IMG/VR virus record: IMGVR_UViG_3300033067_000181
Location: 1 to 64,000 of that record
Strand: one strand, 5' to 3'
Length of the DNA stretch: 64,000 bases
DNA from: a virus
Taxonomy: Duplodnaviria > Caudoviricetes
Shown here: positions 26,232 through 35,716 of the stretch, piece after piece
How the letters are laid out: each line of letters opens with the position of its first letter
How positions within the stretch are numbered: position 1 is the first letter of the stretch
Notes under the pieces: generated by a model
What the model saw: only the letters and a program-made list of their open reading frames with translations
Databases searched by the model: none
Told to the model about the DNA's origin: nothing
Program-made: the position numbers and the translations under genes

Positions 26232-28397
26232 ATGGCTAATGGTTATTTTGTAGTCCACAATGGACTAACAGTCGGCAATGCAAACATTGCATCTTCGGGT
26301 GCAATTACCACAACAGGCAACATCAATGGATGTGTATTTGTTGCGGGTTCAACTTTAGGTGCAACTAGTACCTCAACTGGTGCTCTGCGTGTAGCAGGCG
26401 GCGCAGGGGTAGCAGGTAACGTATACACTGATGCACTATACACAACAACAGGTCTTTATTGGGCAGGCAACGCACAGTTAATTCGTGGCGGCCCAACTTC
26501 TACCACAAGTTCGACAGCACCCGGCGGTGCAACAGTAAACGACATTTGGTACGACACTTCAACTGATACCATTTACCGATATACCTTTGACGGAACTAAC
26601 ACTTACTGGATCGACATCAACGGCCCAACTTTTGGATACCTAGGCGCAAATACTGCAACAGCATATGCATCTAACCTAGCAGTGCCTGGAACAGCGACTC
26701 TTGGTTCGGTTATCTCTGGAAATATTATTCCAGCAGCAAACGTTACATACGATTTAGGAACTCCGTCTCTAAGATGGAGAGAACTATACTTAAGCGGTAA
26801 CACTATTCACTTAGGTGGCGCACGTATTACAACAGACACTGGAACTGGTGCGATTGCAATGGTTCCGATTCCTACACTATCAAACCCTAACCCTAAAGGG
26901 TTAGTCATTGACTCCACTGGTGGCATTTCTCAAATTGCAACTACGGCTGGTCAGTTTACTGCAAGTGCGTTGTCATCGGTTATTACTGCTGCACAAAGCG
27001 CCGGCTCTAACTTTGCTAACATTACAGTGGCTACATCGGCAAGCGTTGGCAGATTGGTCACAACAAACGGTGTGTTCTGGGCCAACGGTACTGCATACAG
27101 TAGTGGCGCAGGTGGTGGAACAACACTGCCGTCTCAATCCGGAAACAATGGAAAATATCTAACCACTAACGGCAGCACACTAAGTTGGGCAACAGTAGCA
27201 GGTGGTGGAACAACATTGCCCGCAAATACTAATGCTCCAGGGGTGTTGATAAACAACGGGTCTGGTACACTAAACTGGAATCTAAATCCGTATGTTAACT
27301 TATCCAACTATTCAGTAGTATTAGGGTGGCAAGCAGGCGGTGCTGGAGACGCTGGTACAAGTGTTGCAATTGGTCAATACGCCGGGTCAATGGGCCAAGG
27401 CATATCGGCGGTTGCAGTTGGCGCAGGCGCTGGCTACATGTCTCAGAGTATGAATGCTGTAGCATTGGGCCCATCTGCTGGTTTTATGAATCAAGGCACT
27501 AATGCTATTGCTATTGGTGCAAACGCTGGCGCCCAAAACCAGCCAACAAACACTATTATCCTAAACGCAACTTCAAATAACTTAAACGGTGTTAGTGGCC
27601 AGACTGATAGTTTTTATGTTGATCCCATTCGTCAAGATAGTAGCCCTGGGACTATACTGTATTACAACCCCACTACCAAAGAAGTAAGCTATGGAGCTGC
27701 ACCAAGCGGCAGCAGCAGCAGCGGTGGCGGAAGTGTGTCTTCGGCAGATCAATTCAAGTTATTAATGGGCCCAACTGGGGTGCCATTTAATAGTCAGAAT
27801 GTTTCCTTTACCGGCCCTGTGGGCACCGGCAAAGTACTAGGAAGAATTTCTGCATACCCATTCAACACACTAAACGTGAGTTCCATGGTGTCTCCATTTA
27901 GTCAATTGCAGGGCCCCTACGCTGGCGCACCGGGCCCGACTGGCACATCTTATCCGTGGGCTTCGATGAACAGTGGATCGAGTATGCCAATTGATGCTAT
28001 GTTTGACAACTGGAACAATGACTCAAGCATCATGGGAGCCCAGTTATATGTATTAAACTCATCAACTGATACAAGCTCTATGACTTGTTGGTATTGCAAC
28101 GTTGCAGGAAATAGCTCTGATGGAGCTATTTGGATATACAACGGCCCACAACAAGCATATGGATCTTATGTTAGTCAACCGAATTATGTATATGGCATGA
28201 TTTCCGGAATGGGTGGACCACCTGTAGACTTTACTAATTTTCAGCCAGCCCCCGGGGTCGCATTATACTATGACGCAACGTTGGGTTTGGCTGCATTTAA
28301 TGCCCCAGGAAGTATATGGGGCAATGGCGGAAGTCTTGGCACGTTACCTGGATACAGCGGAAGCTATATGATCAGCGGATTCTTTTTTGGAATGTAA
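26232..28397 (+). CDS. Tail fibre/adhesin with YadA-head-like repeats and a distinct C-terminal domain
   Basis: MANGYFVVHNGL N-terminus, YDLGTPSLRWRELY, and repeats such as AVAIGQYAG/AVAVGAGAG/AVALGPSAG/AIAIGANAG. Confidence 0.7.
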   Translation: MANGYFVVHNGLTVGNANIASSGAITTTGNINGCVFVAGSTLGATSTSTGALRVAGGAGVAGNVYTDALYTTTGLYWAGNAQLIRGGPTSTTSSTAPGGATVNDIWYDTSTDTIYRYTFDGTNTYWIDINGPTFGYLGANTATAYASNLAVPGTATLGSVISGNIIPAANVTYDLGTPSLRWRELYLSGNTIHLGGARITTDTGTGAIAMVPIPTLSNPNPKGLVIDSTGGISQIATTAGQFTASALSSVITAAQSAGSNFANITVATSASVGRLVTTNGVFWANGTAYSSGAGGGTTLPSQSGNNGKYLTTNGSTLSWATVAGGGTTLPANTNAPGVLINNGSGTLNWNLNPYVNLSNYSVVLGWQAGGAGDAGTSVAIGQYAGSMGQGISAVAVGAGAGYMSQSMNAVALGPSAGFMNQGTNAIAIGANAGAQNQPTNTIILNATSNNLNGVSGQTDSFYVDPIRQDSSPGTILYYNPTTKEVSYGAAPSGSSSSGGGSVSSADQFKLLMGPTGVPFNSQNVSFTGPVGTGKVLGRISAYPFNTLNVSSMVSPFSQLQGPYAGAPGPTGTSYPWASMNSGSSMPIDAMFDNWNNDSSIMGAQLYVLNSSTDTSSMTCWYCNVAGNSSDGAIWIYNGPQQAYGSYVSQPNYVYGMISGMGGPPVDFTNFQPAPGVALYYDATLGLAAFNAPGSIWGNGGSLGTLPGYSGSYMISGFFFGM

Positions 28398-28409
28398 GGA
28401 CAGCATACT

Positions 28410-28859
28410 ATGAACAAATATATTAACCCCAATGTTGTCCTTCCAACAACTGATATCTTTACAGAAGATACATTGAAACAATCTATATGGGCTGGATTTT
28501 CAGAATCAACTACATCACAGGAATTTGTAACTGCTGGGTACGTATTAGTACAAGACACAACAGAAACACAAAATGAAGGTGATGTGCTTGTTGCAGATAA
28601 AGATCAGTCTGGAAATGTTGTTGCATCATGGATGAGTCAAGCAGACTATACAGTAATTGTAAACAACAGACTTGCAGGAGCAGTTGCCAGAGCAAAGCGA
28701 AACAAATTGTTGGCAGAATGTGATTGGACACAGGCCAAAGATGTGCCTGATTTAACATCAAGCAAGTGGACAGAGTATAGACAAGCGTTACGTGATATTA
28801 CTTCGCAAGAAGGATTTCCAACTAACATAAATTGGCCGCAGAGCCCATCTGGTAAGTAA
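28410..28859 (+). CDS. Tail fibre assembly chaperone
   Basis: C-terminal RAKRNKLLAECDWTQ..D......W.EYRQALRDITSQEGFP.NI.WP motif, directly after a fibre gene. Confidence 0.85.
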   Translation: MNKYINPNVVLPTTDIFTEDTLKQSIWAGFSESTTSQEFVTAGYVLVQDTTETQNEGDVLVADKDQSGNVVASWMSQADYTVIVNNRLAGAVARAKRNKLLAECDWTQAKDVPDLTSSKWTEYRQALRDITSQEGFPTNINWPQSPSGK

Positions 28860-28874
28860 GAATAGGATATTTAA

Positions 28875-31583
28875 ATGGCTTTTCCAAGTACTCCAACTAA
28901 TAATCAAATTGCTGTAGTCGACGGTATTACTTATCAGTATAACAGTGTTAAGAATGCATGGATGCGTGTAATGGTTACACCAACACAGCAAGCATTCTCG
29001 GACATATCGGTAACTAACACAGCAGTTTCTACAAGTACAACAACTGGTGCCTTAAAAGTATCCGGTGGCGCAGGCATTGCTGGCAACGTGCATGCTGGTG
29101 CAGTATACGACAACGAAACTCGTGTAGTTAGCACAAGTTCGGGCACAGGTAATTTATCAATTAGCGGTGCAAGTATTAGCTTGCCCACACACGGCCCTGG
29201 TACAAATACATACGGTAGCAGCACTGCAATTCCGGTTATTACTACAGATACACATGGACGTATTACAGCGGCAACTACAACTGGCATTAGTACCACAATT
29301 AACCTAGCAGGTACAACTGGAACTGGGTCAATAAGTGGTGGCGAAACTTTAACCTTTACTTCCACAAACGGATTCGTGGTAGCAGTGGCCGGCAACGTTG
29401 TTAGCACATCAAGTCCACAAAACCTACAAACAACAGCAAGTCCTACATTCGCAGGCATTACTACCACCGGTGCAAGTCAAGTTAACAGCACCTTGGGAGT
29501 TACAGGCATTACATCTATTACTAACTCTACCCAGAGTACTGGCGCAGGCAACGGTGCTTTAGTAGTAACAGGTGGCGCCGGAGTTGGTGGAGTATCTTAT
29601 TTTGGTAACGATGTTCACATTGTGGGTAACTTGTATGTTCCTAACCTTGTTGCAACATCAACCTCAGTGCTTAACGTTACAAGTCCGTTAGTTTACTTAA
29701 CAGGAGCACCGTATCCATACAACTTTGAAATTGGTATGTATGGACATTTCATTGGTGGCGGCGCCAACGTATATGGCCACAGTGGAGTAGTTAGAAATCA
29801 TAATAATAACCGTTGGGTGTTCTTTAGTAACATTGCAACAGAACCTAGCTCCACTACCATTGACTTTACTGATCCTGGTGCAATTTACGATACTGTACAG
29901 GCTGGTGGATTGATACTATCAAACTCCACGGCCAGCACAAGTACAACCACTGGGGCACTAGTAGTAACAGGCGGCGCAGGCATAAGTGGTAACCTGAACG
30001 TTAACAGTGCGGGATACTTTGGTTATAATGCCGCAGCAACTACGTTGGTTAACCCAAGTATTGTTGGAACAAGTTCGAGTCAAGCAGTTAACGCCGGGCA
30101 GTTCTACGTTCAAAGTGCGTTGATTAACACCAACGCAACTGGCTCGTCTGATATTGTTGCATATCCAAACAACACCACAGATGGCTTCACTGGCTTTATG
30201 GACATGGGCTTCACTGGCAACTTGTTTGCTGACCCGGCCTATACAATTACAAAAGCCAACGATGGTTACTTATTTGCAAGTGCAAGAAGCGGTTCTGCAC
30301 TTGGCGGTAACTTGGTATTAGCAACTGATAGCACAGGCACATACAACGATATTGTTATTGCTACTGGAAGTTTCTATGCAGAGTCAGAAGTTGCACGTTT
30401 CCGCGGTAACGCGAGCACAAGCGGTTACTTCCAAGTAACAACAGGTACAGCCGCAACTAGCACTTCAACAGGTGCAGTACGAGTAGACGGTGGTGTTGGC
30501 GTAACAGGTAACTTATTTGCTGGTTCATTGTATTCGGACAACTACAAGTATGCAAACGGCAATCCTTTTGTGTCTACTACAATTGGTAACACTGCTGATA
30601 TTACAGCAAACGTACCAAGTGGTAACAACGTAGGACTAAGTTTAACATCTACTGGCGTAACAGCAAACACTTATGGTAGTGGTACTGCTATTCCGGTCAT
30701 TACAGTTGACGCCAAAGGCCGTATTACAAACGTAACCACAGCATCAGCAAGTTCCACTATTAACTTAGCAGGTACAAGTGGCACAGGTTCTGTGTCCGGT
30801 GGCGGCACATTAACCTTTGCAAGTACAAACGGCATAACAGCAACAGCAAGTGGTAGTACTATTACTATTAGTGACCCACAAGATATTAGAACAAGTGCAA
30901 GTCCAACATTCGCTGGTGGTACATTTAACGGCAACGTAACTCGTTCAAGTCGTCCGTTAATAACTAACTTCTCTGGCAATACTGCTCCTGCTAACCCAAT
31001 CCAAGGTGATGAATGGTTCCGTGGTAACACTGGCGCCATCTACAAATACATTTACGATAACGTAAGCAATACCTATAACTGGGTTAACTACAGCAGTGCG
31101 TTATATAACGCATCTACTAGTGCAACGGCTAACACACTGGCATTACGTGACAGTGCAGGTAACTTAACAGCAACTAACTTCATTGGTGTTGCAAGTTCTG
31201 CAAAATATGCTGACTTGGCAGAGATTTACGAAAGCGATACAGCGTATGAACCTGGCACAGTAGTAGTGTTTGGTGGCGCAAAAGAAATTACAGCAACAAC
31301 CAAAACACACGATACTAGAGTAGCTGGTGTTATTTCTACAGACCCAGCGTACTTGATGAATAGCGAAGCAACTGGTTTACCTGTAGCGTTTACAGGGCGT
31401 GTGCCTTGTAAAGTTCACGGACCAGTTAGCAAAGGTGATGTATTAGTTGCAAGTGCTCACAAAGGGTACGCAGAACGTATGCATGATACACTATATCGTC
31501 CAGGTTGCATTTTAGGCAAGGCACTTGGCGAAGCAGCAGAAAATGAATTTACAACTATTGAAGTTGTGGTAGGGAGATTTTAA
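28875..31583 (+). CDS. Tail fibre protein with a C-terminal intramolecular chaperone-like (peptidase G2-like) domain
   Basis: AFPSTPTN N-terminus and an internal duplication (NTYGS.TAIPVIT). The C-terminus reads ADLAE.Y...GTVV...VAGVIS.DPAYLMN...PVA.TGRVPCKV.G.V.KGD.L. Confidence 0.75.
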   Translation: MAFPSTPTNNQIAVVDGITYQYNSVKNAWMRVMVTPTQQAFSDISVTNTAVSTSTTTGALKVSGGAGIAGNVHAGAVYDNETRVVSTSSGTGNLSISGASISLPTHGPGTNTYGSSTAIPVITTDTHGRITAATTTGISTTINLAGTTGTGSISGGETLTFTSTNGFVVAVAGNVVSTSSPQNLQTTASPTFAGITTTGASQVNSTLGVTGITSITNSTQSTGAGNGALVVTGGAGVGGVSYFGNDVHIVGNLYVPNLVATSTSVLNVTSPLVYLTGAPYPYNFEIGMYGHFIGGGANVYGHSGVVRNHNNNRWVFFSNIATEPSSTTIDFTDPGAIYDTVQAGGLILSNSTASTSTTTGALVVTGGAGISGNLNVNSAGYFGYNAAATTLVNPSIVGTSSSQAVNAGQFYVQSALINTNATGSSDIVAYPNNTTDGFTGFMDMGFTGNLFADPAYTITKANDGYLFASARSGSALGGNLVLATDSTGTYNDIVIATGSFYAESEVARFRGNASTSGYFQVTTGTAATSTSTGAVRVDGGVGVTGNLFAGSLYSDNYKYANGNPFVSTTIGNTADITANVPSGNNVGLSLTSTGVTANTYGSGTAIPVITVDAKGRITNVTTASASSTINLAGTSGTGSVSGGGTLTFASTNGITATASGSTITISDPQDIRTSASPTFAGGTFNGNVTRSSRPLITNFSGNTAPANPIQGDEWFRGNTGAIYKYIYDNVSNTYNWVNYSSALYNASTSATANTLALRDSAGNLTATNFIGVASSAKYADLAEIYESDTAYEPGTVVVFGGAKEITATTKTHDTRVAGVISTDPAYLMNSEATGLPVAFTGRVPCKVHGPVSKGDVLVASAHKGYAERMHDTLYRPGCILGKALGEAAENEFTTIEVVVGRF

Positions 31584-32548
31584 TGGCTTTTCCAGTAGGT
31601 CCAACAAACGGACAACAATACACAGTTAACGGTGTTACATATGTATATGACTCTAGCTTAGGCGTATGGGACCCACAAGGTTCGGTATCTAGTGCTAGTC
31701 CTGTGTCTAGCGTAGCAGGACGCACAGGTGCAGTTACTTTATCTGCGGCTGACATTGCTACGGGTACTTTCCCTGGTGCAATATCAATGGCTAGTACATT
31801 AACAGTTAGTGGGGCAAGTACATTACAAGCAATATCAGGAACAACTGGTGCATTTAGTGGTGCAGTTACTATGTCGAGCACACTTGGCGTAACAGGTGCG
31901 TTGACAGCTGGCAGCTTTTCGGGTGCAGGTACAGGGCTATCTGGTACAGCATCTTCATTGAGCATTGGTGGTAGTGCAGCGTCTGCAACGTCTGCGGTGT
32001 ATGTTTATAGAAGTACGGTTGATACAGTACCAGCGGTTGTAATTAACAGTGATGGTACATATTACGGGCACATTTCTCGTTCAGGGACACAAACATGGTG
32101 TTTAGGGTACGGCGGCGGTGTTGGTGCAGGAACAACCGCAGTCTTAAACTGGACAACTGGTGGTGTTAACGTTACTGGGTCATTAACTGCAACAACATCT
32201 GTAACAGCGTATTACTCAGATGAACGTTTAAAGAAAAAGATTGGCAAGATTGAAAATGCTCTTGACAAGATTGACGAGCTAAGTGGTTTCTTATACGTAG
32301 CAAATGATACAGCTAAACAGTACGGATACTCAGACGAAGAAGTACAAGTGGGTTTATCTGCACAAGCTGCTAAACGTGTTCAACCCGAAGTGGTTAAACC
32401 TGCACCGTTTGATACTAATGCCGATGGTACAAGCAAAAGCGGCGAGCATTACTTAACTATTCAGTATGAGCGTTTGGTCCCGTTATTAGTAGAAGGCATC
32501 AAAGAATTGCGACAAGAATTAAATAGTATTAAGCAACAACTCAAATAA
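31583..32548 (+). CDS. Tail fibre protein with a peptidase S74 intramolecular chaperone
   Basis: YYSDERLKKKI..IENALDKI..LSG, GLSAQ, and YERLVPLLVEGIKEL motifs. Confidence 0.9.
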   Translation: MAFPVGPTNGQQYTVNGVTYVYDSSLGVWDPQGSVSSASPVSSVAGRTGAVTLSAADIATGTFPGAISMASTLTVSGASTLQAISGTTGAFSGAVTMSSTLGVTGALTAGSFSGAGTGLSGTASSLSIGGSAASATSAVYVYRSTVDTVPAVVINSDGTYYGHISRSGTQTWCLGYGGGVGAGTTAVLNWTTGGVNVTGSLTATTSVTAYYSDERLKKKIGKIENALDKIDELSGFLYVANDTAKQYGYSDEEVQVGLSAQAAKRVQPEVVKPAPFDTNADGTSKSGEHYLTIQYERLVPLLVEGIKELRQELNSIKQQLK

Positions 32549-32550
32549 CC

Positions 32551-33210
32551 ATGGCAGTTATATTAGACAACAGCGGTATTACATATAGTGATGGTACTAA
32601 GCAACCGGCATCCACAAACACGTCTGCTGATTATGGGCAATTGATTTCTATTACTGTGTTTACCAGTAACGGTACTTTTACTGCTCCTGCTAACTGTAGA
32701 GCTTTGCTAGTAAAAGTTCAAGGCGGTGGCGGCGGTTCTGCGGGACACTGTGAAGGTGGCGGCGCCGGGGGCTATACTGAGCGTTTTATCCCTGCTATTG
32801 GGCCTGGTACTACTGTAGCGGTAACAATTGGTGGTGGTGGCGGTGGTGTTGGCTACTATGCAGCCGCAGGCGATGGCGGAACAAGTAGCTTTGGTGGATA
32901 CTGTTCTGCATCTGGCGGGTATGGTGCTAATAGAAACTATAGTCACACAGGCGGCCATGGCGGCACCGGCGCAGGTGGTCAAATTACAGTAGGCGGTGGT
33001 GGCGGTATTGGTCACACAAACGGATTCGGCTCATGGGGGCCGCGTGGCGTCCCTACATATTGGGGCGGGAGCTTTGGTACACGTCACAGCGGGGGTGAAC
33101 AAATTGGTTCTGGTGCACCTGGCGGCGGAGCAAGCCCAGGAACAACCGGTAACGGCGGAAGTGGCAAAGCAGGTAGGTCCGGCATGGTTGTTGTTTATGC
33201 ATACAGTTAA
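32551..33210 (+). CDS. Glycine-rich tail-tip/adhesin protein, paralog 1
   Basis: FTSNGTF..P...VKVQGGGGGS.G.CEGGGAGG...GGTSSFG domain. Confidence 0.7.
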   Translation: MAVILDNSGITYSDGTKQPASTNTSADYGQLISITVFTSNGTFTAPANCRALLVKVQGGGGGSAGHCEGGGAGGYTERFIPAIGPGTTVAVTIGGGGGGVGYYAAAGDGGTSSFGGYCSASGGYGANRNYSHTGGHGGTGAGGQITVGGGGGIGHTNGFGSWGPRGVPTYWGGSFGTRHSGGEQIGSGAPGGGASPGTTGNGGSGKAGRSGMVVVYAYS

Positions 33211-33219
33211 GAGGATTTT

Positions 33220-33873
33220 ATGGCAGTAACATTAGGATCAAGCGGAGTCACATTCAATGATGGCAGTTCCCAAACTACTACAGCAGGATATGACAGAGGT
33301 AGACCCATTAGTATCGTCTCATTCACTAGTAACGGAACTTATTATGTTCCGGCAAAGTGCAGCACCATTCTTGTACAAATTGTAGGTGGTGGTGGCGGAA
33401 GTGCTGGCTACTGTGAAGCCGGCGGCGCTGGCGGATTTGCTGAAGGGGTGTTTAGTGTTAGCCCCGGTGCATCATATGCTGTTACTATTGGGGGTGGCGG
33501 CGGTGGCGTTGGTTACTACGCTGGCGCAGGGCGCGGCGGCACAAGTAGTTTCGGGTCATTGATATCTGCTACAGGCGGATATGGGGCAAACAATAATTAT
33601 AGTCATGGTGGTGGTGTCGGTGGCACAGGTTCGGGCGGCCAAATTCAGCTCGAAGGCGGCGCAGGATCTGGACACGGTAACAGTGCTAGTCACGGACAAC
33701 CTGCTGGCGGCGGCCCTAGCTTCTTTGGTGGCCCTGGTGGACAATATAGATCGACTACTCCGAGTAACTATGGGCCAGCATGGGGCACAGGTGCAACCGG
33801 CGGTAGAACAAATGATGGCGGGTCGGGTACAACAGGCTGCGGCGGAGTATGCGTAGTATATGCATATACATAA
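33220..33873 (+). CDS. Glycine-rich tail-tip/adhesin protein, paralog 2
   Basis: Same Gly-rich domain as 32551-33210 (GGGGGSAGYCEAGGAGG, GGYGANNNYSH). Confidence 0.7.
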   Translation: MAVTLGSSGVTFNDGSSQTTTAGYDRGRPISIVSFTSNGTYYVPAKCSTILVQIVGGGGGSAGYCEAGGAGGFAEGVFSVSPGASYAVTIGGGGGGVGYYAGAGRGGTSSFGSLISATGGYGANNNYSHGGGVGGTGSGGQIQLEGGAGSGHGNSASHGQPAGGGPSFFGGPGGQYRSTTPSNYGPAWGTGATGGRTNDGGSGTTGCGGVCVVYAYT

Positions 33874-33882
33874 AGGTTAAAA

Positions 33883-35274
33883 ATGGCAGTAACATTAGGT
33901 AGAGTAGATAACAATTTATTATCTCCGGGCACTTGGGCAGCAGGTAACGGTGGTACTGGCATCTTTAGCGCCAATGGCGACACAGGTGAACAAAACAGAT
34001 ACACAGGAACTAACCCATGGGGACAATCTGCATTAGTGTGGCAAACAGTACCGTCTGGCAACGGCGGTGCCGACGGTGGATGGAACACAAGTAACTTTTC
34101 AGTGGATCAAAACTCGTTGTATCGTTTTAGTGTATGGGTGAGACGTACAAGTACAACAAGTGGCGGAACCTTCTACTTTGGGCTATACGGCGGCCCGAGT
34201 GCTGTAATTAGTTTAGCAAGTGGTGCCGCCGAAGGTAATCCGTATTGGTATTATCCGGGAACAGGAGCACTTTCCCAAAACCAATGGTACTTATATGTTG
34301 GACATTGTTTCCCTCAATACCATAACGGTAACCAAGCTCACATTGATAGTGGCGTGTACACAACTGGTAGTGGTACATCAAAAGTGGGCACACTAAACGG
34401 CAACATTCCAAACGATTGTAAATGGGCCGGCGGAACTACAACTGGTGTTCATAGAACATACCATTACTATTGCGGGGATTCAACAACACGTTTAGAATTT
34501 TATTGGCCAAGGGTCGACAAGGTAGATGGTAGCGAGCCGTCATTACAGCAGCTTTTAACCACATATACCCCGGGCGATGGTGTACAATTTAGTGATGGCA
34601 CAATACAAGCAACTAAGCCGCCTGGGTTGACTACAACTGATTTTCCCGACCGTGGAGACTTAATTAGTGTACAATCATTTACAGATAGCGGCACTTGGTA
34701 TAATCCCGGGGCCACAATGGTACACGTTAAGCTAATTGGTGGCGGCGGCGGCGGCGCAGGGTACTGCGAAGGTGGCGGCGCCGGCGGGTACGCAGAAGGT
34801 TTCTACAACGTGACAGGCGTAGGATCGGTTGCTGTTACTGTAGGTGGTGGTGGCAGTTATGCTGCATATTATACTGCCGCAGGCAACGGTGGCACTAGCA
34901 GCTTCGGGGGCTACTTGAGTGCCAGCGGGGGATACGGCGCAAATCAAAACTACAGTCATAGTGGGGGACATGGTGGTAACAGTTTTGGTGGCGCACAATT
35001 CTCAGTGCAAGGTGGCGCAGGTTGCGGGCACATTAACAGCGTTGGACACTCAACCGCTTCTACAGTAGGCGGTAGCGGATATTATGGAGGTATCGCTGCC
35101 CATGTTAGAAATCACGGCAACCTCGGATGGAACGTACAACACAGTTTTGGCGCAGGCGCACCTGGGTCTGGCGGTGCAGCAAACGTAACAGATTGGGGTT
35201 ACAGCCACCCGAGAGGGCACTCAACAGGCGAGTACGGCACCAAAGGAATGGTAACAATTTTTTCATATAGATAA
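33883..35274 (+). CDS. Glycine-rich tail-tip/adhesin protein, paralog 3, with an extra N-terminal Trp/Tyr-rich beta domain
   Basis: The C-terminal half repeats the Gly-rich domain. The N-terminal ~230 aa (YRFSVWVRR, QWYLYVGH) looks like a lectin-type beta sandwich. Confidence 0.7.
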   Translation: MAVTLGRVDNNLLSPGTWAAGNGGTGIFSANGDTGEQNRYTGTNPWGQSALVWQTVPSGNGGADGGWNTSNFSVDQNSLYRFSVWVRRTSTTSGGTFYFGLYGGPSAVISLASGAAEGNPYWYYPGTGALSQNQWYLYVGHCFPQYHNGNQAHIDSGVYTTGSGTSKVGTLNGNIPNDCKWAGGTTTGVHRTYHYYCGDSTTRLEFYWPRVDKVDGSEPSLQQLLTTYTPGDGVQFSDGTIQATKPPGLTTTDFPDRGDLISVQSFTDSGTWYNPGATMVHVKLIGGGGGGAGYCEGGGAGGYAEGFYNVTGVGSVAVTVGGGGSYAAYYTAAGNGGTSSFGGYLSASGGYGANQNYSHSGGHGGNSFGGAQFSVQGGAGCGHINSVGHSTASTVGGSGYYGGIAAHVRNHGNLGWNVQHSFGAGAPGSGGAANVTDWGYSHPRGHSTGEYGTKGMVTIFSYR

Positions 35275-35285
35275 CGGAGATAAAA

Positions 35286-35705
35286 ATGGCTATTAAAGGA
35301 TTAATTCATATTTCAGAACCTGGCAGAATTTGTGAAATTGTGGAAGCGGGTAACGAGTTTGAAGTACATGAGTCTTTCCAATGGGTAGATCTCCCAGACG
35401 GAACAACAGTACACGACACATATAACGAAGATGGTACAATAACCAAATTTGATATCGTTCAACAACCAGGTTTTGCAGAAAATGCATATAAAGTTGCACG
35501 TGGTATTGCATATACAGATATTGGTAATCAGTTGGATATGCTTTTTAAAGAGCTTCAGGCCACGGGCACGATAAGTAATACTGGGCCATGGGCAACTCAT
35601 GTCGCTAGTGTTAAAGCTGCGATACCAAAAGATGATCCTTACGCAGTTCATGAATGGAACATGCAATACTGGGAATCAATGCAAGGAAATGTTGCCCCAC
35701 AATAA
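35286..35705 (+). CDS. Hypothetical protein following the adhesin genes (possible fibre chaperone)
   Basis: Has a GGAG Shine-Dalgarno. The RGIAYTDIGNQLDML...W..HV..VKAAIPK pattern is seen after fibre genes. Confidence 0.6.
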   Translation: MAIKGLIHISEPGRICEIVEAGNEFEVHESFQWVDLPDGTTVHDTYNEDGTITKFDIVQQPGFAENAYKVARGIAYTDIGNQLDMLFKELQATGTISNTGPWATHVASVKAAIPKDDPYAVHEWNMQYWESMQGNVAPQ

Positions 35706-35716
35706 AAGGGTAAACT

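Noticed and set aside
27700-28397. Distinct fibre C-terminus as a diversity-generating retroelement target
   Set aside because: No reverse transcriptase and no near-identical template repeat differing at adenines is visible in the window.
28934-29467. Long antisense ORFs in the track (also 11863-12336, 7310-7795, 8780-9154) and the overlapping + frame ORF 44738-45262
   Set aside because: These are shadows of low-complexity or codon-biased genes, with no promoters, RBS or recognisable motifs.
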